64,000 nucleotides of DNA from Mantamonas sphyraenae STR306 (lineage: Eukaryota; Protista; CRuMs). The notes beneath the pieces are model-generated. The model had not been told where the DNA came from and made no database searches. It worked only from the letters and a program-made list of their open reading frames with translations. The position numbers and the translations under genes were made by a program. The stretch is taken from contig JAPMXV010000051.1 of NCBI GenBank assembly GCA_026936335.1, positions 372,001 through 436,000 on the forward strand. Reading direction: 5' to 3'. Positions 11,845 through 22,788 of this stretch are shown here, one piece after another. Within the stretch, counting starts at the first letter, position 1, and each line of letters opens with the position of its first letter.

Positions 11845-14800
11845 ATGAGCAGCGACGTGCCCAAAGAGATTGACCGCCTCCTCCGCACCTCTGAAACCTG
11901 CGTGCTGGCCCTCGAGGTCAAGTTTTACACACAAAACAAAAAGAACAAGCACAACCGCATCATGTGCCTTGTGCAGAACCGCAACAACAAATCCGAGCAC
12001 GCGTGAGTTCCCCAACCCCCATCTGTACCCGATAATGCTCCATGCGCACATGTTCCTCCCCCACATCTCACCCGAAATCCACCCCTCCTTTCCTTCTATC
12101 CCATCTTCTCATTCCCACAACTCCACTCTCGTTAACACCGTTCCACCCCCTCCCAATATCTCACTCCACCACCACCTTCTAGCCTTCTCTTTGTCAAAGC
12201 CCGACGATTCCAATCATACTATGTCGACGGCGTCGTGCCCGTCTTCTCCGACTTCAACCAACGCCTCTTTGTTAAAGGCAAGGCTCTCGATCTCAAATTC
12301 GATCTCGTAATGTTCAACGGCGAAATGGTCCGCTTCGAAGCCATCTGCGAATGGGAACTGCTCAACCGCATGTTTACAGAGCTCAATGCTGCTGCACAGA
12401 CGGCCAGTATGTCACAAACGCCTCGCCCACACCGCCCGTTTCCTAGCCCTCCATCGCGCTGACCCCCCCTCTCCCTCTCTCCTTCGTAGCCGACAAAGAG
12501 TACCAGCTGGAGTACGGCGAGTCCCACCAATGGGTCGTCCCCTACGTCGTCAGTCGCGACAAGGGTGCATCCGACCACACACGCGACCTCTTCCTCTCCC
12601 AGGGCGTCGTCAAGTCTGTACGCTTTGCCGGCTCCTCCGGCTCCGGCCCAAACACGCGCTCCTTTGCCGCCCGCAAAAACACAAACGCATTCCAGCTCGA
12701 CTTTGACGACGGCGACATCATGGGCATGGGTGCAAGCAGCTCCTCGCTTCTCTCCACCACCTCCTCCAGCTCGGCAGCCTCCTCCTCCTCTGCCTCTTCC
12801 TCCGACGCCTCCGTTTCCGCATCTGCCACCATGTCCTCCCCGACACAGTCTCTCACCCACCAAACAGGCAACATGAGCGCAGGCATGTTTGCCACGGGCT
12901 CCCGCAACATCAAGGAGATTTGGCTCAAGAACAGGATCAAGGCCCGCGAAGACGAGTTTGTCCAGCTGCGCTCCTTCAACGTGTACTGCGCCACCTGGAA
13001 CGTCAACATGAAGAAGCCCAAGGAACCGCTCGATCAGTGGCTGCAGGATCCCTCGTTCCCGGACATCTACGCCGTCGGTTTCCAGGAGATCGACATGAGC
13101 GCCGAGGCCTTTGTCCTCTCCGACACCTCCAAGACCGAACCCTGGGAAAACGCCATCGAAGAAGCCCTTTTGTACAAAGGCTGGGACAATGCCCCGCGCT
13201 ACGTGAAGCTCACCTGCAAGCAGCTCGTGGGCATGGCCATGGCCGTGTATGTGCGTGCCGAACACGTCAAGCACGTCAAGAACCTGCAGCACTCGCTCAT
13301 TGGCGTCGGCGTCATGGGCGTGGGTGGCAACAAGGGCGGCGTCTCTGTACGCTTCAACTTTTACGATTCGGGCGTTGTGTTTGTCAACGCCCATCTCGCC
13401 GCACACCACTCCCACGTCGACAGGCGCAACCAAGACTTTGCCGACATTGTCGCACGCACAGACTTTTACACAGAGGACCACGAACGGCTGAGCTTGTACG
13501 ACCACGACCAATTCTTCTGGATCGGCGACCTCAACTACCGCGTGGATCTCTCGTACGAGGAAGTGCTCCAGGAAATTGCCAAGGAGAACTGGGAATACCT
13601 GTATGCCCACGACCAGCTGGAGGCGCAGCGCAAGGCGGGCAACGCCTTTGAGGGCTTCCACGAGGCCAAGATCGAGTTTGCCCCCACGTACAAGTACGAC
13701 AACGGCACGGACGTGTACGACACAAGCGAAAAGAAGCGGATACCGGCGTGGTGCGACCGCGTCATGTGGTTCGACGACGCGGTGACGTGCAAGTTCTACA
13801 GACGCCACGAAATGCTCACCTCGGATCACAAGCCTGTCAGCGCCATGCTGGAAACGCCGATCAAAACCATCATCCGAAACAAGTACCAAGAGGTGTACCA
13901 GAGCGTCATTCGCGAACTGGATCAGATGGAAAATGACAGCATGCCTGACGCCAAGCTCAATGATAACACGGTGGACTTTGGGCCAGTGCATTGCTACAAC
14001 AGAGCAACGCTGCAGCTGACCCTGGAAAACACGGGTCAGGTGCTCGTCCAGTACTCATTTATTGCCAAGCCCGACGAAACCAGCGTGGCTCCGTCGTGGC
14101 TGACCATCAATCCGCTGCAGGGAATCCTGATGCCGCAGACAACCGAAACCATCCGCTTCACCGTGTACGTGGACGCGGCCATGGCTGCCGAGCTCAACGC
14201 CGGCTCCACCCAGTTGGAAGACATCCTGATCTTGCACCTGGAAAACGGCAAGGACCACTTTGTCAGCGTGACGGGCGAGTGGCAAGCGAGCTGCTTTGGG
14301 CGGTCGCTCACAGAACTGGTCAACTGCCCGTCAGCCATCCGCCGCATGGCCTACATGCCTTCGAGTGGCAAGGAATTGGCAGACGTCAGGTTGAGCATCC
14401 CAAAGGAGCTGTGGCGTCTCGTAGACTATCTGTACGCGGTGGGCGCTGACGAAGAGAACCTGTTCTTGGAGAGCGGCGACCGCGTGGAGATGTTTTCCAT
14501 CCGCGAGTGCCTGGACAGGGGTGAGCCGTTCAACACGTCGGAGATGGGAGTGCACTCGATGGCCGAGACGCTGATGCTACTGCTGGAGTCGCTTACAGAA
14601 AGCGTGGTGCCTGCGTCGTGCTTTGCCAAGTGCATCGAGGCGTCGCACTCGTACGAAGCCAGTGTGGATGTGCTCGGCTCCTTCCCGCTCGTGCACGCCA
14701 ACACATTTGTTTACTTGATGGCGTTTCTGCGCGAGCTGCTGGACAAAGAGCACAGCAGCAACGGCCTCACCGCAGCCAACCTCAGCGTGCTCTTTTCGCA

Positions 14801-14909
14801 GGTGCTCATGAAACCCGTGCGCAACAGCAAAAGTGCCCTGCAGAGGAAAGCTGCCCAATTTGTGCGCAACTTTCTCGACGGGGTGGAAGACCGGAGCAGC
14901 ACGCAATGA
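11845..14909 (+). CDS. OCRL: Inositol polyphosphate 5-phosphatase OCRL/INPP5B (PH-like, 5-phosphatase, ASH, RhoGAP-like), 3 exons
   Basis: TWNVN, GNKGGV, FWIGDLNYR, PAWCDRV, SDHKPV, DILILHLENGKDHF, IPKELWRLVDYL. Two 5' exons from ATG 11845 splice in frame into ORF 12720-14909. Confidence 0.92.
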
Positions 14910-14986
14910 CACCTGTGAACAAAATGAACAAATCTGGGTTTTCTCAAGAAATCAACTCTTGCATTTGCTGTCTGCGCGTCAACAAT

Positions 14987-16158
14987 TTACTGAGCGCCCG
15001 GCACGGAGCTGCGGGGAGAGGGGTCGATGGGCACGTGGTACGTGTGTGTGTGTGTGTGTGAGCGTGTGGCAAACGGATTCGGGATTCCTCCAATTTCACG
15101 GCTCGACGCGACGCCTTGGGGCTTGCCAGCCATCCAAACAAGCGAGGTGGAGGGGGGTTGCGCGTGTGCATGTTGTGTCAACAAACGTACCGGATGATGT
15201 CCGAGTCTCCCGGGTCGGTGATGCTCAGGGTGCCCACGGAGAAGTACTTGCCGCAAGCGGTACCCAGAGCCAGGTTGTCTGCAAGGGGAAAACAAGGAAC
15301 AGGTGGCCATGTGTGAGTAGGGGATATCCTTGACACAGACAGGTGCCTGCTCTGCGGCAGGTGGTAAAGCCAGATGCAGACATGGCAAGCGCAAAGGAGA
15401 GGGGAGGCCACCAAAAGACGGTGCAGAGAGGGCTCGATGGGCGGCAGCGCATGCATGGACTCAACCTACTCCCGTTAAAATGATACACGACGGTCTTGCC
15501 CAGCATGGCGTAGTACTCGATCTCGGTGCGGCGCAGGGCGGGGCAGTTGTTGGCCACGACGATCATCTTGGCTGCAAGGGGATGGAGAACAGGCAAGGGG
15601 AAGGACGGCGGGCGAAGGACGGGGGTCAGCCAATTGCGCTTTTTTCCCAGGCAGCTTTCCGGCGCGCCTGCACACGTAGGCAAGGCACATGAGCACCATG
15701 GTAGGTGGGAATGGCATGCGTGTGCAACTCACCCTTGCCAGAGCGCAGAGCCTTGAGCGACGACTTGTATCCCAGGGTGTACTTGCCCGACTTCATAACC
15801 AGGGCGAGACGGGCGTTGATGCTCTCCTTTGCCGACTTCTTCTGCTCGGAGTTTGGCCACCATGCGGGCAACGGGTAAGCATGTGCACGTGCGCATGGGA
15901 GGGCATGGACATGAACGAGGGCACACAGCTGCATGGCCAAGCCCTAGGCCTTGTGTGCCACGCAAGCGGGCGCGGACAACGCAGCCGTGCATGCAAAGCG
16001 GTGGACGAGTGCGCCCTGCACTCGGTCTCCTGTATTGCACAGCTGCGTTCCTTTCTGCGCCTCGCATGTACATGTGTATCTTCTGTATGTGTGTGTGTGC
16101 ACATATGTGCGTGCGTGTGTGCGTGGATGGTTCGGTGCAAACGTACAGACTTGACCAT
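14987..16158 (-). CDS. RPL30: 60S ribosomal protein L30 (eL30), 5 exons
   Basis: MVKS|[36 protein letters not shown]|[24 protein letters not shown]...|[29 protein letters not shown]|SVPGAQ. Confidence 0.95.
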
Positions 16159-16226
16159 TGTGTGTTGTTGTTTTTGGTGGCTGAGCGGTCGCTGGCCCGA
16201 CACCACGCAAACCAATCCACACATCC
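16159..16226. promoter_or_regulatory. Probable minimal bidirectional promoter RPL30/SMNDC1
   Basis: 68 bp between divergent ATGs; GT-rich left half, AC-rich right half. Confidence 0.55.
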
Positions 16227-16495
16227 ATGGAGGAGTTGCAGGGCAAGGTGAAGCTCTACCAGGACAAAGTGGCCATGCTTGACGCCGCCCTGGCCAGGGA
16301 TCCGTCCAACACAGAGCTCGCCACCTTGCGTGCGGGTCTTGTGGAGATGTTGTCCACCACACAGCAACTGCTCGCGGCCAAGCAGCAGCAACACACACAG
16401 AAGAAACAGCAGCAGCCACAGCAGGGGAGCCAACCCAGATCAGAGCCCGTGCAGGGGATTGTGTACCAGAGCAGTAGCAGCAGCAGTAGCAGTAG

Positions 16496-16530
<35 letters not shown>

Positions 16531-16976
16531 GCAGGAACGAGCAGACAAAAGCACCTGCAACGCCTCAATTCAAGGTGGGCGACGCATGCCAGGCGCGCTG
16601 GAGCGAAGACGGCGTGTGGTACAATGCAGTGGTGGACGCCGTGGCCCAGGTGGCCCAGCAATGGATGTTTACAGTGACGTTTACGGAATACGGAAACAGC
16701 GACCACGTCGACGCCTCGAGCATCCGGCCGTTCAAGAGCACCTCCGAGGCAGTGGCTGCTCAAACAGGCAAAGTCATTGAGACCAGCAAGCGCAAGTTGG
16801 AGACTGATGCCGAGGCGGAGGAGCGCGACGCAAAGAAACGTCGTGTGGAACGCGCCAAGGCCAAAAAGCAGAAGTACGAAGAGAAGCTCAAGGAGGTGGA
16901 CAATGCGTACAATGCCAAGAAATCTGCATGGCAGACTTTCCAAAAGGGCAGCAAGGGCAAAAAGAAACGAAGGTGA
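16227..16976 (+). CDS. SMNDC1: Splicing factor SPF30 / SMNDC1 (Tudor domain)
   Basis: N-terminal AALARDPSNTEL, Tudor FKVGDACQARWSEDGVWYNAVV...FTEYGN, C-terminal KSAWQTF. Confidence 0.85.
16469..16533 (+). repeat. (AGC/AGT)n trinucleotide tract encoding poly-Ser
   Basis: Read directly; similar poly-Ser tracts near 1625, 44080, 48360 and 56510. Confidence 0.9.
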
Positions 16977-17011
16977 ACGCTTCCGCGACTGCTTGCCTGG
17001 CTTCCGGGCAT

Positions 17012-19001
17012 TCATTCACGCACACCCTCTTCTCCGTCTTCGCCATCGGCATGAACAGGGGCAACAGGGGCAGCTGGGGCTGCGCTGCCCTTTTTGCGGT
17101 TGATATCGTCGGTCAGACGCAGAGTGCTGGCAAACTGGAGGAGAACGACGAGCGAGCTGAGCACAAAAGTGAAATAGATGTTGAGAGGGAACCAGTCGAT
17201 GCCGTTTTGCACACTCCAGGCCAAAGAGGTGCCTGCAATGATAGGTGCCAGTGTACGCACCAGCGCAGAGAAGGACTGGGCGATACCGTTGACAGAGCCC
17301 AGCGCGTCGCGGTCCACGCTGTTGTTGATGCAGAGGAAGGTCGATGTGAACGAGGAGATGAGCAACACGCCGCGGACGACGAGGAAGCACACAAGCAGTA
17401 CCCACAGCAGCATGGTGTCCTCGGCGGCAGCGTTGAGCAGCGGCAGCATCAGACTCACGGCCGCAAGGCCCAGTGAGCACACCTGGAAGATCTTCAGGGG
17501 GCCGTAGCGGTCTGCCAGCTTGGGATACAGCCATATTTGAAAGGTGCTGGTGGCCAGACCCGTCACGGCCAATGAAACGCCCAGGGATTGGGTGTGGAAG
17601 CCCAGACCGCCTGCACTCGGTGGCAGCACAGCCCACAGCGGGTAGGCTTCGTCAAACATCACATTGTACAAAGAAATCCATGTGTACATGGCCACGACCC
17701 AAAACACGTTGTTCTGGGACATGAGCGCGGAGAAGGACAAATGGGCGTTCTTGTCCACGGCCACCTCCTCTCCATCGTCTTGGTCTTCTTGGCCCTCCTC
17801 CTGGTCGCGCATTTCGATGAACCGTCCATTGTTGGAGGAGGCGTGTGCGCCGCCGATGCAACGTGCGGGCACAAAGTACAGGAGGAGATTGGCTGGGGTC
17901 GCTGCCACAACCTCGCCAGCCTTGGTTTCGGGAATATACAGACTGTAAACCAGGGCACAGACGAGAGAGAGCACAAACGGGATGATGCAAGGCAGCAGAT
18001 AGGGAAACTCAATCCACAGCGAGGCGTCTTGGAAGCCGTCGTATTTTGTGGCTGGCTCTGCGAGAATGCCGCCCCTGCGAGTGGGGTGATGGTTGGCAGA
18101 CCACGCAGAAAGAGAATGTGGCATGGCGTGGCGTTCAAAATCAGTGATCAGTGTCAGTGTCAACGCAGATCATCGCAGGGAGGCAGGGAGAACGTACAGA
18201 CTCGAGCCCGAGATGAGACCAAAGCCCCAAGTGGCACCGATGACGGACATGCCACGTGCGCTGTGCTCGGGGGTGATGCAAATTTCGGCCAGAATGGCCT
18301 TGGCAGTGCCGACGATGCCTCCCGCAAGGAGGCCTGTGAGGAAGCGTGCGGCAACGGCGAGACCAAACGACTGGGAGGAGAAGCCAAAGAGGAGCACCGT
18401 CCAGGCGTTGGAAATGAGGCCAAACACCATGACGGGCTTGCGGCCAAAGTGGTCGGAGAACTTGCCCCAGATGTAGGAGCTGAAGAGGCGGCCGAGGAAA
18501 AAGGCACCGGCGACAAAGCCGGCATAGTTGCCGATCTCCTCCACCTGGTCCACAACGCCAGTGGCCTGCACAAAGAAGGGCAGAAAGGGAAACAGCACGG
18601 TCATGCCTGAGGCATGACACACAGTGTCAGCGTGCCTTGTGGTGTGTTGTTTTGCATCGCTTCGTTGCGAGGTTGCGAGTTCGGCGGAAAGTACGCTGGG
18701 CTCTTCCGGCTCTCCGGCACCTACCGATGGCGTTGGCAAACAGGGAAAGACTGATGGCAGCCACCTGGAACAACGGGAACTTGGGTTCTTGCTCGCCATC
18801 ATCATCGTCGTCGTCGTCGTCGTCAGCGTTGTCCTGGCTGGCCAACAGATTGGCCTTGGCAATCATCTCGCCGTCGTCCTGGTCGTCAGCATCCACTTCG
18901 AGTGCAACGGCAGCCGTCGCCGTTTCTACCTGTGTGTGAGAAGCCGCATCGGAGGCAGCAGGGTCGATGTCGGGTGTAGCGGGATCGGGTGGCGGGCTCA
19001 T
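17012..19001 (-). CDS. Major facilitator superfamily transporter (ZIFL1/DHA1-like), spliced
   Basis: MFS motif A WGKFSDHFGRKPV, RFLTGLL, WAVLPPSAGGLGF, LGSVNGIAQS; acidic N-terminal exon from MSPPPDP. Confidence 0.88.
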
Positions 19002-19342
19002 GCAGTGGCCCGAGCGGAGCTCCCGGCGACGATCCACGCAAGGAAACCCAAAAGGCGCCGAAAAACACACGAGACGGCCAACTTTTTCTGAGAGTTGAAG
19101 CAACGGACGGCGCGGATGAGTGGAGAAACGAAACTTTTGTCACCGGGTGCATTGCTGGCAGGCAATGTGCACCATGCATCGAGCCAGAGCAACGAAGCAG
19201 TAGGTGGAGGGCGGGACGGACTCGAAGACGGGGGGCAGCGAGTTTGGGGTTTGGGGTGGTTTTTTTCCTGGGTTCTGGAATGGGGCGTTTTCCCATTTGC
19301 GGCACGCGTGACGTGGAAGGAGGGCAGGAATACAGGGAAGGG

Positions 19343-20221
19343 ATGGCTGACAAGTTGGAGGACACACGTACGCAGGGAGCAAACCTGCTGCAGATGCTGC
19401 AGGCGCAGAGCACAAAGTCGCAGGAGGAGGAAAAGGCAGAGCGGACGGAACTGAACGGACAGGTTCTTTTCCAACGGCTGCAGGCGCACAACGCAGAGGT
19501 GGAGGAGCAAACTACGAGCGGAAGGACATCGGCAGGGAGTGGATCCGGATCGGGGGACGAAGGCATGAGTCGGTCTGTAAGCAACACAAACCTGCAGGGT
19601 GCGCAGTTGCTGGCGCTGCTGAATGGCGGCAGCGGAATCTCGCAGCCGTCGCAGCAGCAGCAGCTAGTGAGCAAGCAGACGCGTTCCATGTCTGTGGACA
19701 GCGGCAGCAAGTCGCAGAGCAAGAAGGGCAAGAAGGGCAAGAAGGGCAAGGGGGGCAAGCAGCAACAGCAGGGCGGAAAAAAGTCGGGCAATGCCAGCAG
19801 CAGTGACGACGAAGACACGCCGCAGCACAGCCACTACGCAGGTGCAAAGTTCACCGCAAGCCCTACGCCTGGAGATCTGCCCAAGCCACGCATTGGCAAG
19901 CGCAAAAAGTCGCGCAGCACAGAAGGCGTAAGCGTGACGCGTCGCGGACGTACCGCAAGCGTGGACGAACAGCAACAGGACGCCAGCTCTGCACTGAAAG
20001 CGATGCTGCAGATGAGCGCAAACAACAGCGACAGCAACAGCAACACAAGCACTGTGATCAGCAACAACATCAACATCAACAACACAACGGCGATGTACGC
20101 ACCCTCGCGCGTCACGTCGCAAACTCTGTACAAAACGTCGAGTGAAGAGGCCAGCAACGACCTGAAGTCTATGCTGGGCATTGGAGGAGGTGCAGGAAGC
20201 AAGAGCTCGCTCGGGATGTAA
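19343..20221 (+). CDS. Edc1/PNRC-type mRNA decapping activator, intrinsically disordered
   Basis: YAGAKFTASPTPGDLPKP matches the PNRC/Edc1 YAGxxF...LPxP motif; repeated L(L/K)x(L/M)L helical motifs. Confidence 0.75.
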   Translation: MADKLEDTRTQGANLLQMLQAQSTKSQEEEKAERTELNGQVLFQRLQAHNAEVEEQTTSGRTSAGSGSGSGDEGMSRSVSNTNLQGAQLLALLNGGSGISQPSQQQQLVSKQTRSMSVDSGSKSQSKKGKKGKKGKGGKQQQQGGKKSGNASSSDDEDTPQHSHYAGAKFTASPTPGDLPKPRIGKRKKSRSTEGVSVTRRGRTASVDEQQQDASSALKAMLQMSANNSDSNSNTSTVISNNININNTTAMYAPSRVTSQTLYKTSSEEASNDLKSMLGIGGGAGSKSSLGM

Positions 20222-21035
20222 TTTCGACTGCGCGGAGCCTTGCAAAAACAACAACAACAACAACAAACAACAACAACAACAAAAAGAGGAGCTGGGAGAG
20301 CGGGCGAGATCAAGGCGTAGTGACAGCCCCATATTCACGAGAGGTCTGATCTGCAGGCATTGTCCGCAGGCTGTTCTCGTGCTGTCCTTCGCCTGGACTC
20401 GCGCGCTTGTCCCGTGGTTTCGTGATTGTCCAACTTTGTGGACTCACAGATGGTGTTTGTTCAACGACAGAGAGGCAAACAGTTGCATAATCAATGTCAA
20501 TGTTCACCATGGTATCTGCAGCACACATTGCACGTCGCACATCGCATGCGGGGAGATTGTTTCATTCGAATTCTTTTGCTTCGTCCATTGGATGGCCTCC
20601 GAATTCCCAGCATGGCTTCATCCATCTTCGTCCATGGAACGTTGCATGTTGTCTCGTTCCGCACCATTCTCCATGAGTCCTTGTCCGTGTGTCGCAACGG
20701 ACAAGGGGAGGGGGGCCAATGGGGACGGGAAGTCTCTCGCAGCTCCCGGTTGCATCGATTTCGGCGAAAGCTCCACGCGCAAAGAAGCGCACCTCCATCC
20801 CACAAACACCACCCTACGACACAAAAACGTGTGAGAAACTCGATCCAAGCACCAAACACTCGTGGTGAGCTCAACAGATGAGACGTGCGCGATTGCAATG
20901 GGGTTTGCGGCGATGCGCCTGAGAACAAAAAGTGCGCGCGTCGCAACTGCGCCAACTGACCCAGTACTTCAAACACCCTCGACAAACACTCGCTTCCACC
21001 TTCCTCGGAAACAACACATTACACATCCAATCGAC

Positions 21036-22637
21036 ATGGCAGCACTTCTGATGAAATCCCCGGCGATGACCAATGACCTGGACCTGCACAAGCAGTCGCA
21101 GCACGGCCAATCTGTGCTCGACAGCGAGTCAACCACAGGGCTTGGTTTCCAGAAGCCTGCCGTTCTGTCGGCATACAATGTAAAGGGTGAGTTGCAATGA
21201 GGCATTGTCCATCCTGTGGCCCTCAAGGCCCTCCAGGCCCTCCACTTTCTGTGGAAGGATTCGCAAACACACCGCCGGAATTCCGCGTTTGATCCTCGCC
21301 CGCCCAATTACCCAGGCCCTTGGACGTGCACACACACACACATACTGCAAGCACATGTGCGTGCAGTGTCTGTGGCGTGTGTGCGCCGTTGCCGAAAAAC
21401 GCGGAATTCCGTGTTTTCTGGTGGCTACTTTTTTTTCTCGCCTTTGCTTTCCGCCCGTCCGCCCTCGCTCTCGCACGCCTGGGCGGCCTTGGCGAAACGA
21501 AACCAACGCCTTGCGGTTGCATGTGTGCATGAGAGTCCCAGAGCCGAGTGAGAGGGATATGCAACATGGTGCCCCATATGCGGATGGCTAACCACAAAAG
21601 CGGCAAAAACGCCTCTGCGGAATGTTGCCGTCCGCTTCCACCACCCACCAGGTCGCTCGACAGGCTCCAACAAGGCTCGCGTCTGTTCGCAGCGCTTTCG
21701 AGTGATCAATCCGTGGAAGAACGAGCAGCACATCCCCACCATGCTGGATGACTACGGCGTGGAGATGACGTGCTGCGTCGCCAACGGCACAGAGAGTTAT
21801 CCTCTGCCGCTGAAGGAGGTGCGTGTGTTTGCTTCGAACAACAATGGTTTGGAGAGCGACAAAGACACCATCGAGCTCATCTACGAGGCCTTCTACTACG
21901 GCGGCTCCTCCTGCGCCGGCCCCAACTGCGGCAAGCAAGACGACAAGGGCAACTGGGCCTTCTCGCCCTCCACCATCGCCCTGTCCCTTGTGCCCCAGTC
22001 CGATCTGCTCGACCAGGACGAGCTCGATCTCATTGTCGCCAACCAGACACAAACGGGCGCGCGAGGCCTCGCACAATGCGAGCAGTCGCTGTTCCGCAAG
22101 TCCGTCTGCGGCAAGAAGATCGGCCGCTGCTTCGACGTCGCTCGCAAGCAGCAGCGCAACCAGCTGGACCAGTCCTTCAAGTTTCGCGTGGCAAACAACT
22201 CTTTTGCAAAGGTGTCCGCCAGCATTGAGTACCGCGAACGCTACAACCGCATGGAGTTGAACCGCGTCAAGGTCAGCCTCACTCGCGCACAGCTGCGCAA
22301 GCAGTGCGAGGCCGCATGCCCCAAGATGGAGGCCCAGTACCAGCACCTGCTCCAGAAGAGCAAGTACCAGCACCAGATGCGTCTGCAGCACCTCGAGCTC
22401 ACAGCCGAGTGCGCCGTGGACCTCGAGCACGAAACCAGCTCCGAAGACGAGGACAACGATCTGCTTGTGGAGGGTCTCACAGGTTCTGCCAACCTCTTTG
22501 ACACCCAGCAGCTCAGCGATCTCGACGATGATGAGGACGATGACGAGCTTCCCACCGTCAACTCCTCCACCATCGCCTTTGACGACGAGGACGAGGCCAG
22601 TCTCGATCTCGACGTCGCCAACCTCCGCCTCGAGTGA
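21036..22637 (+). CDS. Hypothetical protein (Cys-containing globular core, basic helical region, acidic C-tail), 2 exons
   Basis: Exon 21036-21186, GTGAGT...CAG intron 21187-21651, joins in frame (K G|RSTGSNK) to ORF 21702-22637; coding-like codon usage. Confidence 0.7.
21396..21417. repeat. Near-perfect 22-bp palindrome AAAACGCGGAATTCCGTGTTTT in an intron; second CGGAATTCCG at 21276-21285
   Basis: Read directly; one mismatch. Confidence 0.85.
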
Positions 22638-22788
22638 GGTCGAGGCGTCACAGAGAGTTGGGAGACACCTCCCAAACACTCGTTTTTGAACAAAGTCTTT
22701 CCCATTTTCAGTTTGTGGCCTCATCCTTGGCTCCCGTCGCCTCTTGGTGCGCCTGCGCCTGCGCCTCCACCGCAACACCCGTTATCGA

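Larger units (their letters stand above)
7186..11877. repeat. Three direct tandem repeat units of about 1.55-1.58 kb (copies 2-4), next to an older diverged copy at 5805-7169
   Basis: Junction ACCGC at 7186, 8742, 10290 and 11873, with long near-identical stretches between units. Confidence 0.95.

Noticed and set aside
7186-11877. Array as a transposon or CRISPR-like locus
   Set aside because: Units are whole spliced genes, with no terminal repeats, target-site duplications, transposase or short repeat-spacer pattern.
19242-19260. TTTGGGG repeats, and GGGTTAGGG at about 34481, resembling telomeric sequence
   Set aside because: Only about two units each, in G-rich context; compatible with chance.
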